Shown piece after piece: positions 14,241-27,643 of a stretch of DNA of 64,000 nucleotides (positions are counted from its first letter, which is position 1; the number at the start of each line of letters is the position of its first letter). The DNA lies in NCBI RefSeq assembly GCF_009914755.1, contig NC_060928.1. One strand, 5' to 3'. Source of the stretch: the human T2T-CHM13v2.0 reference genome, Homo sapiens. The notes beneath the pieces are model-generated. The model was given only the letters and a program-made list of their open reading frames with translations, was not told the DNA's origin and did no database searches. The position numbers were made by a program, and so were the translations under genes.

Positions 14241-15063
14241 CCCTTCCCTGCCGGGAATGCAACGACAAGCCCTCAGCCCGGTGCGGGCCCCAGGAGGCTC
14301 TCAGATCCGGGCATCCTCAGGCCGCCTCCAGGGCTCACCGCCAAGGGCTCCAGTTCTAGGTCTCAGTTTCCCCAACAGCACAAGGCGCGGCTGGGCTCCA
14401 GCGCTGTGGGATTTTTCCAGCCCCGCACAGAGGCTGTCAGATCCCGGAGGGTGGGTGCGGCGGGAAAGGCAGGGGTGCGACGCGCAGGGGCGAGGGGCTG
14501 GAGACGCGCAGAGATCGGGTCGGGGCCGGGTCTGACACATGCGGGCTCCGGGTCCCCAGATCTGCTGCGGAGAGTCCTGGGCGCCGAGGGTCGGCCTGAC
14601 GCCCCCAACCCAGGCGCTGCCAGAGCGGCGCAAGGGCGGCGCCCCCAGCTGCAAAGCCCCGCCTATCATCTCACCTCTGCGTGCCTAGGTCTGCTGGGGC
14701 CCCGGCCCTTCGCCCGGACCCCAGGCCCCCGCGCGGACCCTGACCGCTTTCTGCAGCCTGGAACAACCCGGACCCCCGTGAGAAGCAAAGAAGGGGCGCC
14801 TTCCAGACATCCTGGCGCAGCCACGCCGGCCGGCGCGCTGGGAAAGGATCCCCGGCCCGCGCCACTGAGCTACGCGCTCCGGGCGCAGGGCAGAGGGCTG
14901 CGCTCTGGCCCCTCGGGGCTGCAAAATCCTGGAGCAAAAGTTGGGTGGAGCCGCTGGGTGATTTTCCCCGGCGTTGCAGGTGCAGCCTCCGAATGCCACC
15001 CAGCCCTTGCGGCGCCGCGAGCCAGCGCGGGGACCCGTTGGTCCCTCGGTCCCCAGCACCCAC

Positions 15064-15073
15064 CTGCACTCAT
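15064..15073 (-). CDS. ABLIM2: ABLIM2 first coding exon portion (ATG AGT GCA G|gtgggt; M-S-A-V...), actin-binding LIM protein 2
   Basis: The minus strand reads gagATGAGTGCAG followed by donor GTGGGT inside the CpG island. This fits the recalled ABLIM2 N-terminus MSAVSQ and the expected position divergent to SH3TC1. No upstream ATG in the GC-rich leader. Confidence 0.85.
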
Positions 15074-15215
15074 CTCAGCAGCCGCTCGGAGTCGGGGCGG
15101 CCCGGCGCTGCGACAGCCAGACCCTCGGGCCCGCAGGTGCCGCGCCCGCGCTATCCTCCGCCCGCCCGCCGGCTCCGCGCCCGCTCCTTGCGCACACGCC
15201 AGGCAGCGCCGCCGC
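15074..15215 (-). other. ABLIM2: ABLIM2 exon 1 5'UTR (TSS boundary approximate)
   Basis: Very GC-rich ATG-free leader directly upstream of the start codon, with GC boxes further upstream. Confidence 0.65.
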
Positions 15216-17464
15216 AGCCCCACGGCGCGCAGGCCACGCCCGTGCCACGCCCACTCTCACGCCCCTCCTGGCGGCCCCGCCCCGCGCCCGCTGCCGCCCG
15301 GGAGCACCCTGGGAAGTGTAGGCACCTCGACGCCACCGCTCCGCCTGGCTCCCCAGCTGCGGGGCGATCGGACTACAAGTCCCAGCACGCTTCGCGGCCA
15401 GCGCAGGCGCAGACGGGCGACGGCGGCTGAGGCCTTTCGCAATCGTTCTTAGATCTCTGCAGAGCTGTCGCCACGGCCTGAGGGGCGACGTGGGGACTGC
15501 CGCTCACGGAATCCGGGAGTCGCTAGGAGAGCGGCGCAGGGAAAAGCGAGCTTGGTGCAGCTCTTCTTGAGTAGTGGAGCTACAAGGCGCCTGAAGACCT
15601 TCTGGGCCAACTCTTCTTTACCAGTTTACAGAGAGGGAAACTGAGGCGGGGGCGGTGCTCGGGCAGGATTAGCCCGCATCCGTCGGCGAGGCTTGCACTG
15701 GTGGGGATTCGTGCGCAGGTTTCCTGCCTCCGGGCTTGGGCTGTCCGCGCCTCGCCACCCACCCCAGGCTCCCGTCGCTCCTCGCCGGCTGGCGCCCAGC
15801 TGGGGGGTGCACCGGGAGAGGTGGCGCGGCTCACTTCGGCGCAGTCCCCGGCCCCAGCCTCCACGGTGACCGGCTACCCTGTGACATCAGGCGCCCAGCA
15901 CAGGGCCTGGACGCGGGTGCAGGAGAGGGAGTCAGGGAACGGGGAGGAGCAGGGGTCCCCACTGTGTGCCTGGTGCGACAAAAGGCGAGCTGCAGAGAGG
16001 TCGGGAGGAGCCGGCAAACACAAGGATGCCCACCAGGCGCGGAGGGCCTGGGCTGGAGGAGCATTTAGGATGCAGAATCGCGGGAACCTGGCATGGAGAG
16101 AGAGGCCAAGGACTTTTGGCTTGGGCCAGGGCTGTTTGGAGATGCTTTCAACAAGTGGAAGAAGATTGGGCACAGAAAATGTAGACTGAATGGAACACTG
16201 AGGCAGGAGCAGGTACTCCTCCCCCTCCCTCAGCAGCAGCCATCTCCCCCAAGAGGGGCCAGGATGGGAGGCCAGGAGTACAGTGGCTCAGTGGGGGAGC
16301 TGAAGTCCTGGGGAACCAGCCAAGCCCCACACACCCTAGAAATCCAGGAGGCCCAGCTAGGTGATTCTGCCCGCAGCCGCAGGGTTCCCATGCCAGTCCA
16401 CTGGGATCTTGTGCCATGTAATTGAGGGGGCGCCAGATCTAAGGATCAGTGAACTAATGTGTGCCATGACCCAGTGTGAGTTGAGATCAATAAATGTCTT
16501 TGCTTTGCTATTATTATTCTCTGTGGCTAACATAGGGCCTGGCACAGAGCAGGCAGTCTGCAAATATCTGTTGAATAAACGGAGAGAAGGATAGAGGGGA
16601 GGGGAGAGTGCTGGCACCTGGCACTCCTGGATCATAGCCTGAGAGGTAGGCCAGGCACCCACCTGCCGTAGGTACACCCTGCTGCCACTTGCCCTCTAAG
16701 GAGCTCTCGGTCAGGCTCCCCCGCAGCCTCTGTTTCCTCCCTCTGTTTCCAAAGGCTCCTGAGAACCTCCCAGGGGTGCCATGATTTCCCCCACACAGCC
16801 TGGTGAGGACGGCAGGGAGCCCTCACACCTCTCTGCCAAGACCCTGTGAGCCAGAGGGTGGATGTGGGTGCCCCATTCCAGACTGGTTCCAGAGCCCAGG
16901 ACAAGGGGCTGGGGAGCCTTAACAGTTCTCAACCTGGAAGGGCCTCGGGGCCATGTGGTTCCAACATCTTCTTTCACAAGGGCAGAAACCAAGGCCCAAA
17001 GACATACTGCCTCAAGTCACCCAGCAAGTTAGTGACAGGGTGGGGCTTGAGCCAGGTCTTTTCTTTCCTTCCTGCTCCGTGTCTGCTGAACTGGGACTTC
17101 AGCGAATCTGCTGGTTGAATTGAATCGATTGAAACAGACTTGGTTCTCTGTCCATGGTACTACAGGCCAGGTGTGACCTCAGGCAACTTGCTTGCCCTCT
17201 GTGTGCCTCAGTTTCTATATCCTTCAACTCACAGTGCATACATACCCCTTAGGATTCTCAAACACCTTCAGTGTGCTGGGCTTTCTAGTCCTAGTGAAGA
17301 AGATAGACAAGAAATCATTTCACATGCCACAAGATTCATTCTAGAAAAATGCTGCCCCTCTTATTTTTTAGCAGGCCTGGTGGGGTGTCAGGGGGTCTTC
17401 AAGGGGCTCATGGACACAGGGAGGCCCCAAATATGTCAAACCAAGGTCCTTTAAAGGTTTATTA

Positions 17465-17854
<390 letters not shown>

Positions 17855-18783
17855 TCACATGCCCTTCACCACACAGGGAAGCCCTGCAGTGACCCATGCC
17901 TCCTTCCAGCAGGCAGCGGGTAGAGACCTGAACTCCGGGGGCTCCCTTCTACCTCCAGTGCTTATCCAGGTTCCCTGGGGGCTCCCATCCCATTTCAGTG
18001 GGGATCCTATCAAGCCCCTGATAGGCGGGTGCCCCAGGCAGTGACCTTGAAGGCCCCAGGCCCCATTTGCCCATTTCCACACCCACACTTGGAGCACGGC
18101 CCTTGGCTGCACCGCTCCTGCCTGAGAATCTGCCTGCTTCACTGGACTGTGGACTTCTCTGCTCTGCAGAGAGGAGTCTTATACAGGGGAAGAAACTTGG
18201 CCCAGGCTTCTCATTCCGGGAAGCACTAGGGGGAAAGCTAGAGTTTTCCAAGGCACCAGCGTAAAGGGCAGGATTTCCTTCACCCCTCCTGGTGCCCCTG
18301 GCTGGAGGCTTCAGGAGGCACCCCTGGCCTGGCCTCCCTGGGACGCGCTTTCAGGCACTCTGCTTTCTTTTGAGATTAGGAGACACTTAGAGGTGATGTG
18401 TCCACCTTTCCCCTGCTCTATGATGGGGTGCTCTGGGCTTCGGGGAGGACAGCAGTGTTATGGGGGTCTGCCAGGTGCCGGCCCAGGGCCAGCAGGAAGG
18501 TGACAGGCCCACAGGAGGCCAGAAGACAATGGTCAGAACCCCCAGTAGGACCCTGGGGGAAACAAGAGCACCCCCTCCTTCTGAGTGTCCTAACCACTAT
18601 TATGGGATGTTGGTTGTTCCAGCGATGGAGGGAGCAGAATGCAGAGAGGGCAGCCCCAGGTCCGTGGCCTATCACACCCCAGGTCAAACCATCCGAAGCC
18701 AAATGCTGCTTCCCTGGGGCTCCAGGTTTACATGTGGGGTCCCGGACCCGCTGATAGAGGCAGCCATAAAAAAACAAAAAGGC

Positions 18784-19132
<349 letters not shown>

Positions 19133-21329
19133 CTATTGAAAACAAAGCCAGGTGCTCGAGTGAAGAGCTGCGCCATGGCGTGTCTGGGGAATACTTTTCC
19201 TGCATGGCTGAGCTGGGTGAGGCTTCCTAAAATGTGAGTCCTGTGACCGCAGGTGGAGACTTGTTCTCTTCATGATAAATGCCCCCACCACAAGCACAGG
19301 CACCTGTCACTGCTCTATGACCTTTAAATTGCTTCAAAATTAGGATCATTTGTCCTGAAAAAGCTATTGCCCTTTCAGAGAGTGTGAAGCTCTCAGAAAG
19401 TGTAGAAGGACACATGCTGGGTGGGGTTGGGGGCTGAGGCAGACCCCACAGTGCCGGCCTCGCATGGACTGGGACAGGTGGGGCTGTGGGTTTCTTCAGG
19501 CTGGGCCAGGAGGGGCCAGGAGGGAGAGGGGCCAGCACCCCATGGGCTGGCAGCTGCTTTAGGGGGCAGGGGAGCCTTGATGGAGGGGTCCTGTCTAAGT
19601 CCCAGTGGGAGCAACTCCGGGCTGGCTCAGAGGTGGAGGGATGTGTGACACTGCACCCGAGAGCTCCCAGGGGCCAGGCCAGATGAGTCAAACAGTGACA
19701 GCCAGGACTGCTGTGTCCTTAGGGCTCTGCGCCAAGGCTCAGAGGACCCTATCATTGTCATCGTATCATCATCATCCCGATGTCACAGATGGGGAAACTG
19801 AGGGATTCACTTACCCAATTGAAAACTACGACCAAGTGGAGCAGGTAGGACGCACACCCAGGCCCTGCTGAAGAGAGAGCCCGTGGGCTTGGCTTCAGCC
19901 CCATGGCCCTCCGGAATCTGTCATCCCCTCCAGGGGGCATTCAAGAAGTCAAGGGATGAAGCTGGGAGTTGTGGGGTCCAGTGTGAGGTGCATGGCCAGG
20001 GGACCTGCTCCACTTGGCCCAAGCAATGCCAGGCCTGCTGCCCCCACCCTGGGCTGCTGGGAGTGCCGCATCTTCTCCCGGACAGCTCATGCTCACCCTC
20101 TGAACCTTGTTTTGAGATCCTCTCCTTGGATAAGCCTCCCTGGCCCTCTAGTGAAGTTGGGGGCCACCTCCACTCCCCCAGGGGGTCTCCAGCACAGAGG
20201 AGAGTGCCCACTGAACTGTGGGATCAGCAGGTACCCGCACTGCGGCTGCCACTCTCACTCAGCAATGGAAAGAGGTCAGACCCGCCTGAGCCCCTTTCCC
20301 ACCGTCCTGACCTCTCCCTGGGTCTGCTGGGGTTTCCCACAAATTGCTTCTATGGAGAGCAGCACCGTGTGGCTGCGCTCACCTGGGGCCTGAGCTAGAA
20401 AGAAGGTGCCTGCTCTGGAAACCCAGCGGTACGGAAACGTTGCAAGTCAGAGACGCAGGGCAGCAGACAGAGCAGACGGCGTCCTGAGCCCATCAGGGGC
20501 TCTGCTCAGTAAGGGAGCCTCCAGGCTTTCTCTCACCAAAGCGGCAGGATTCCTTGTCCTTTCTTCATCTCTAAATACAGTCCAGGAATTGATTGACTTC
20601 ACAGCCAAATGGAGAAACAAATGAAATATGATTTCATTGTGGGATCTTTCCAGCCGCTCAATAATTTAAAACCACGCCATACGAAACCAGGAGTAAAAAT
20701 AGCATGTGACTCATGGCTTGGAGCCTATCTCTCAAGCACGGGTCCACACACCTGGATTCTCGCTAAGTCAGGCCCAGCCTCACCCTCGCATGCCCATGGC
20801 TTGCCTGATGCCTCCGGGTGGGTCAGGAGGGGAAGCGCAGCCCTGGGTTACACAGGTATCTGTTCTCCCTAACACCGGATCTATGCCACAGTTCCAGCTG
20901 CCCAGTTAACTCTGAGTGGTTTGTAGACTTGGCAATGCTTTGCCATCACAGAAAACTCACAAAAGATGGTTCATTACAAGTGATGGAAGGAAGTAGAATG
21001 TATAGGCCTGATTTGGGAATATGACCCACACCGTGCAAGGCTTGGATGTGGCTGGTCTTCTGAAAGCACTTCCTCCCATTAAACTTCATTCCTGTTCAGC
21101 AGAAACAGACGAGTACCGTCAGGAACACCTGGGAAGGAACGAGAATGGAAGAGCAGAGCAAGGGGCAAGGTCTGAGATGAGGTGCCGCCTCTATTCAGCA
21201 CCTACTGCATGTCAGCCTCTGTGCTGGAAGTGAGATGAAGAAGCTCAGCTAGAGCAGGCAGGTGCATGAGTCAGCCGCGCTGCGGAACAGAGGACCGCAG
21301 GCTTTGCTGAAGGGGCTTGTAAAAGGGTA

Positions 21330-21575
21330 GGGCATCTCTCCCAGTGCCGGAGGCCGATCTCTTCATTCTGCCTCTGCTGTCACACAGCATTCTTCTGTGA
21401 ATGTTCCCCTTCTGTTCTCATAAGGACACTGGTCCTAGGATGGAGGGCCCACCTTAATCCAATACTGTCTGACTTCATCTTAACCAGTCATGTCTTTGAA
21501 GACCTGATTTCCAAATAAGATCATATTCCTGGGGGCTAAATCTTGGGGTTAGGACTTCAACATATCTTTCTGGAA
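21330..21575 (-). mobile_element. MLT1 LTR fragment
   Basis: tcataaggacactggtc...gggcccacctta...tttccaaataagatcatattc...ggttaggacttcaacatatc. Confidence 0.65.
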
Positions 21576-22329
21576 GGTACAGTGCACCCCACCAGAGGGG
21601 ACCACCATTATTGGACCCCACAAGGGGCATGGTCTTCCAGATCTGTGGTCTGTGGGACCTGGGAGGAAAACTGCAGGTCTGAGGGCTCCCAGTTGGGGAG
21701 AAGAAATGGAAGCCCAGAGAGACAAAGTCACATGCAGCCAGGTCCCCAGGAGGCCAGAAGCCACAGTGCTCTCCCAGCCACCTGACCCTTGGTTGACAAC
21801 CACACAGGCATACAGCCCTGCAGGGAACCCAGAAGGCAGCCATCCCTGACAGTGAGAGCAGCTCTTGTCCTGGGAAGGCAGATGGGTCCTGCCAGAAGCC
21901 TGGGCCTGGCCTTGTTGGCCTCACCGGCAAGCTCAAGCTTGCCCCCCAGCTGCTGATCAAGCAAGACATCGTGTCCCTTCTTAGCAACTTTGTCACCAGG
22001 CTGTGCTTCCCAGAGCTGCTGTGTGGGCATGGAAGGGATAAGGTTTCGAAGAAGCTTAATCAGGAGCCCTTGCCTGCATAACTTACAAAGTGCTTGTTCT
22101 GTGGGCCTCCCAATCGGGTGTTCCCTTGAGGTCATGGTGCTGAGTGTTACTCAGTCTGACAGACGAGACACTGTAGGCTCACCAAGGCTAAGAAATGTGC
22201 AGTCAGCTGGGAGGGGCTGGACCCGGCTCCCTGAGATGACCAGAGCAGAGCAGTCTCCACTAGAATTTCTTCTTTGGCTATGGCCAAGCTGCTTGGAGCA
22301 GGAATTGCATGGTTTGATGATAACACTAG

Positions 22330-23450
22330 TGGTTTGATAATAATAAAATGACTTTAAGTAAAGGAGATCACCCTCATCCAATCTGTTGAAGGCATTAAGA
22401 GCAAAAACAGTTTCCAGTGGAGAAGATCTGCCTCAAGACTATAGCACCGACTCCTGCCTGAGTTGCCTGCCTGCCCTGCAGATTTTGAACTTGTCAGCCC
22501 CCACAATACCATGAGAACATTCCTTAAAATAGAACCCTGTTTATCTATCAGTTGCCCTTTGTACCTGTCTGCTTACCTACCTACACACTCATTCATTCAT
22601 CCGTTCATCCATCCACTCCCATCCATCCATCCACCCACCATCCATCCATCTACCACCCTTCACCCATACATTCATATATCTACCCATCTATCTACCCACC
22701 CATCCACCCATCCATCTATCCATTCATCCAGTCACCCAACCATCCATCCACCCATCCATCCACCACCCATCCACCTATCCATCCATTTACCTATCTGTTC
22801 ATGCACTCACCCATCCAGCCATCCATCACCCAACCATCCATCCATCCATTCACCCACCATCCACCACCCATCCACCCATCCGTCCATTTACCCATCCATT
22901 CATCCACTCACCCGTACAGCCATCCATCCACCAGTCATCCACCCATGTATCCATTCAGCCATCTATCTATCACCCATTCACCCATCCATGCATCCATCTA
23001 TCTACCTACCCATCCACCACTCATCCACCCATCCATTCACCACCCATCCACCCATTCATCCGTCAGTCTGTCCATCCACCCATCCATCTACCACCCATCC
23101 ACCCATCCATCCGTCTACCTATCTGTTCATCCACTCACACATACGGCCATCCATCTCCCACCCATTCACCCATCTATCCACCACTGATCCACTCATCCCT
23201 CCATCCATCTGTCCATCCACCTATACATCCACCACTCGTCCACCCGTTTATCCACCACTCATCTACCCATCCATCTACCCATCCATCCACCTACCATCCA
23301 TCCATCCACCCACCCATTCACCATCCATTCACCTATCCATCCTTCCACCACCCATCCACCCATCCATCCATCTGCCACCCATCCACCATCCACCCACCAT
23401 CCATCTGTTTCTATCAGTACTGTTTCTCTGGAGAAGCCAGACTGATATAC
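22330..23450 (+). mobile_element. MLT2 (ERVL) LTR with internal expanded low-complexity repeat
   Basis: cctcatccaatctgttgaagg...gcagattttgaacttgtcagcccccacaat, ending ctgtttctctggagaagccagactgatata. Confidence 0.7.
22575..23405. repeat. Degenerate (CCAT/CCAC)n tetranucleotide array, ~830 bp
   Basis: Continuous ccatccatccacccatc pattern. Confidence 0.95.
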
Positions 23451-25099
23451 TTTCCAAATCTATAATTCCCTGGGCTCCCTGGCACCATGACTTGAAGGCC
23501 CCTGGCTGAGCTCAGCCTGTCCTAAGCTCCTCCCAGCTCCAGAAACGGCACCTGCTGCCACCCTATTGCTCTCCCTGACTCCTGAGAACCCCTCTGGGAG
23601 ACTTCTCTTCCTGCTCCATCACATTAGTCCAACCCCAGGTCCTGCCTCCAAGTCCTTCCACAGCATAGTTAGACACAAGTGCAGGCACCTTCTCCTGCTC
23701 TCTTTGCTCCTACTCCCCCCACCCCCATTCCTTCTCCTGCAGCCAGAGGGATTTGCTAAATGAAAGCTAATTCCACTCCATCACACCCCTGCCTGCCAGG
23801 GGCCTCCCTCTCCTCCTCTGCCTGGCCAAATTCTCTTCACTCTTTAAGGATCAGCCCAGGCATCGTCTCCTCCTAGAAGTCCTCCCTGGCCCCTGGCTAA
23901 ATTGTGCAAACCCCCGGTTTCCATGAGTCCTGGGACTTCCTCTTTTACAGGCTGGTCACTTGGGATTGTCATTGATTGTTTCCTTGTCTGTGTCCCTAAC
24001 TAAACAGTGAGCTTTGAGTACTATGAGCTTCTCTGAGGAAAGCTGAGATTTAAAAGGGCCAAGGTAATGGGACAGGTAAAGGATGGGTCGAGAAAATCCA
24101 GGAAGGCCTGCGTGTTTTACTTGACTTTTTGATTGCAGTACCTGGAACATTAAAAATTGAATGCTTTTATCCTATCTTGTTCTAAAGAGTATATGGGGCT
24201 TCTTACAAAGGAAGCCTTACTATAGAAAGATCTTTTTAAAAGCTGGTAAGAAAACTAGAGTTAAGGAAAACTACATAGATTAGGAGGAAGTTGGGGCTGA
24301 GGTCAAGCCCTGGAATCTCTGCCGTGGGTGGTGACACAGCCCAGGGCAGCCCCTCCTTCCTCTCTGTACTGCCCAGCAGCCCCAGCAGAGAGAGGAACAG
24401 GGTCAGTTACATAATTCTCTGTGTCCACAGGATTAGAAGAATTGCTGAGAAGAAGCATGCTTCCCAACTCTGAGACTTGAAGAACCTGCCTCTCTAGGTC
24501 CTGTGGGGTGAGGCCAGTCTGGCTTCCCCCACAGCCCACAGCCAACACAGCGTGCATCTCAGAGCATTCCTTCTCCTAACCATCCCTTCCTTCCTGTCCC
24601 TTTTTGTCACTGGATGCAGAGACCAGGGGACTTACTGTGCATACAGTAGGTGATGAGCAACCATCTAAAAGGAACCTAGTTGTATAATGAAGTGGTATTT
24701 TTAACATAAAAGTTACCTATAATTTCATGGAGAAAATATGTGATCATCTACATTTCTCAGGATGCCAAGGCAAATGAGCTTTTTTTTTTTGATTTTGCTG
24801 CCCCCTGATGGCAGAGTACCCTAATTGCAGGCATACTATCAAGGATCAGAAGTCCCCTCCATCCCACCAGTGACACCCAGACTGTGAAAAGTGGGCAGAC
24901 ACTGCCCTCATCAAAGATCACCCAAACATCTGCCTTCGGCCAACACAAAGAGACAGACGGGAAGGGGTAGTTTCATGTAAGATCTTTAACCACCCTCCCT
25001 TCCTGATTTCTGAGGTCTTGGGTCCAGAGGCTGTGCAGGCTTATAACTGTGATCGCATTAAGCATATGAGTGTGGAGAAGGTGAGGCAGCCAGTCAGAC

Positions 25100-25700
25100 A
25101 CGCTGTAGTCTCTGTTTTTGGGTGGGTTGTTTACTTCACTCCCATTTCCCCTGCTCCCTGCTTTCTTGTAGCACCGCAGTTTTTTGTGCAGGAGCCACAA
25201 CACCTACCCATGCAGTCCATGGACTTCTCAGTAAGTGAGAGTAAGTGAGCTGGACTCCACATCCAGCTCAGAAGGTTTTAATGAGTCTAAGGATGACCCC
25301 ATCTCTGGAGACAGACAGGCTACATTAGTCAACATCCCTGGACACAAAGATTTGCTCCAGGAAAGGCATATGACCCAATTCGGCTCAATGGGGTGTGGTA
25401 GGTGGCTTGCTAAGAAAGGCTGGAAAGGGCATCTCCTGACCTTCAGGAGAGAGTTTGGAAGCTGCCCTCTCTCCTGCTCTGCATATTGCAGTGTGGGATG
25501 TATGCCAGGGACAGCTTGGGCAATTTTGTCTCCATGTGGGAAGTGAGCCTGAGAGTGAACCCAATTGTAAAGAAGTGGTCTCAGAGCCCCTGGATCAAGC
25601 CAGTCCTGAGGCCCACCTACCTATGGACTTCCCAGTCCATGAGCCAAGGAAGACTTTTTCATTTGAGCCACGTGGACTTGAGTACTTTATTATTTATAAC
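25100..25700 (+). mobile_element. Old ERVL/MaLR-type LTR (subfamily uncertain)
   Basis: 3' motif cctggatcaagcc...ggacttcccagtccatgagccaa typical of LTR16/LTR33/MLT1 relics. Confidence 0.45.
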
Positions 25701-27310
25701 ACTCCACGAAGCCCCAAGTCATCAGTGTTTGTGATGTCACTGAAATGAATGCCAGTGGGCTTAAGTGTCCTTGGCATGGTCTCCCTCAAAATACCATGGC
25801 ATTTGGTTTGCTTTTGGTTTAGAACACTGCAGGGGGCCCTCACCCCTCACCTGCTCCCTGGTCTGGCGGTTTGTGCTCGGGGGATTCCTGAGAGCCTCTG
25901 GCTTCCCTGACCCCTCTTCAGAGGTGGAAGGAAAGATGACACCTCTCAACTCTACTTCAGGCAAGACTCAGGAAGAAAGGTATCTCCGCCTTGTGTGAGG
26001 GAGCCTCCTTAGCATCCGCCTCGCTGAAAGATGGAGGAGAAATATGTCCAGTACCGAATGTTCCCAAGGCCCCCCATTCCTCACACAATGCAGGCTGGCA
26101 AAAAGTCTTGCAGGCCATGATCAGGACTTATTTACTAATGAAAATTGATAGTATTGTCTATGCAGCCTCCTGGGGAGGGGGCTCATACCAAATGTCCCAT
26201 TTTGCAGCAAAGATAGTGAGATAATGAGCTCCTGACCATGGGGCTCACTTGTCCTTCCACACACCCCATCTCAGGACAGCTGCCGGGTGCTAGAATGACC
26301 CACCCAAGGCTCAGCCTTCTGAGCTGTGTGCTGAGGGCTGGGTCCTATTTCCCAGGACTCAGCACGTGCACCAAGCCAACAGGCAGTGCACAGGGCCTGG
26401 AAGCAAAGGGCAGAAGCTCTGTCCTTTGCAGGGACCTCCTTGTAAGCTTTGTGCTTCAGTCTTGAGCTCTGTTGCATCAGAGGTCTGGGTTCAGGGTAGG
26501 AGGGTGGCGATGTTTCTGCCAAGGGAAGGAATAAAGTCTCTGTTGAATCTGTTGAACCCGTTGAACCTGAAACTGACTATTAATGGACTACTCATCCCAA
26601 TGGATGGGAACGCAATGAAGAGTTCTTCTACTGGGAGGGAGGGGGCAGAAGACTGCAAATGACCCTTATTACCACGAGAGCTGGGGGTGCGCCTTCACCA
26701 TGAGAGCCTCAGCCCGGAAGCTTCACTGGGGCATTTCTAGGTTCTTCCATGCCCAGCGATAATGGTAAATAGGCAATTGCAACACTACTGACCGGCAGAC
26801 ACAAAGGACTCAGGGCTCGGATACCTTAGAGCTGAGGGTGTGGGTCACCAAGCCTGACTGACAGGCTGTCCAGGGTGCACGGCGGGAGTGGCTGGTGGAG
26901 GAGATGGTGGCGTCCACCATAGCCCCGGGATCACCCGCAGCCACGGGGCCGGGACTTGTCTGGCTAACCCTCCTGGAGGAGTCTGCAGAGATGGTGGGCA
27001 GCTGGTGGCCCCATGGTGGGCTGGCCTTTCTGAGGCAGTAGTGGGGGAGCCACATGGGGGTGGACTGTGGGGGCACCTGAGGGGCGGCCTTCCCATAGCC
27101 CTGGCCAGGTAGGGGAAAACAGTGGGGCAGAATTAGAATGTGACTGCACTGCTGCCTTGGCCACTTGCAGACGTCTCTCTCTGATTCTGCCCCTGGCTTC
27201 ACTGACATCTGACATGGGATGGTCTTGGGGCTTCCTGGCATGTCAGCCCAGTCTTGAGAGGGAACTGGCAGCCACAGGCACAGTGACCCATGGGGCATGG
27301 GAGCCTATGA

Positions 27311-27643
<333 letters not shown>

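Larger units (their letters stand above)
14250..16050. promoter_or_regulatory. CpG island / ABLIM2 promoter with GC boxes, two ZNF143(SBS)/THAP11-type motifs and an NRF1-like motif
   Basis: Dense CpG. CCCCGCCCC GC boxes near 15275. ACTACAagTCCCA at 15372-15384 (+) and cCTACActTCCCA at 15310-15322 (-). GCGCAGGCGC near 15401. Confidence 0.85.

Noticed and set aside
14406-15452. 348-aa + strand ORF across the CpG island
   Set aside because: Stop-poor GC-rich DNA gives an Arg/Pro/Ala/Gly low-complexity translation, with a non-ATG start and antisense to ABLIM2 exon 1.
22463-23509. 348-aa His/Pro/Ser/Ile-rich ORF
   Set aside because: Translation of the (CCAT)n array.
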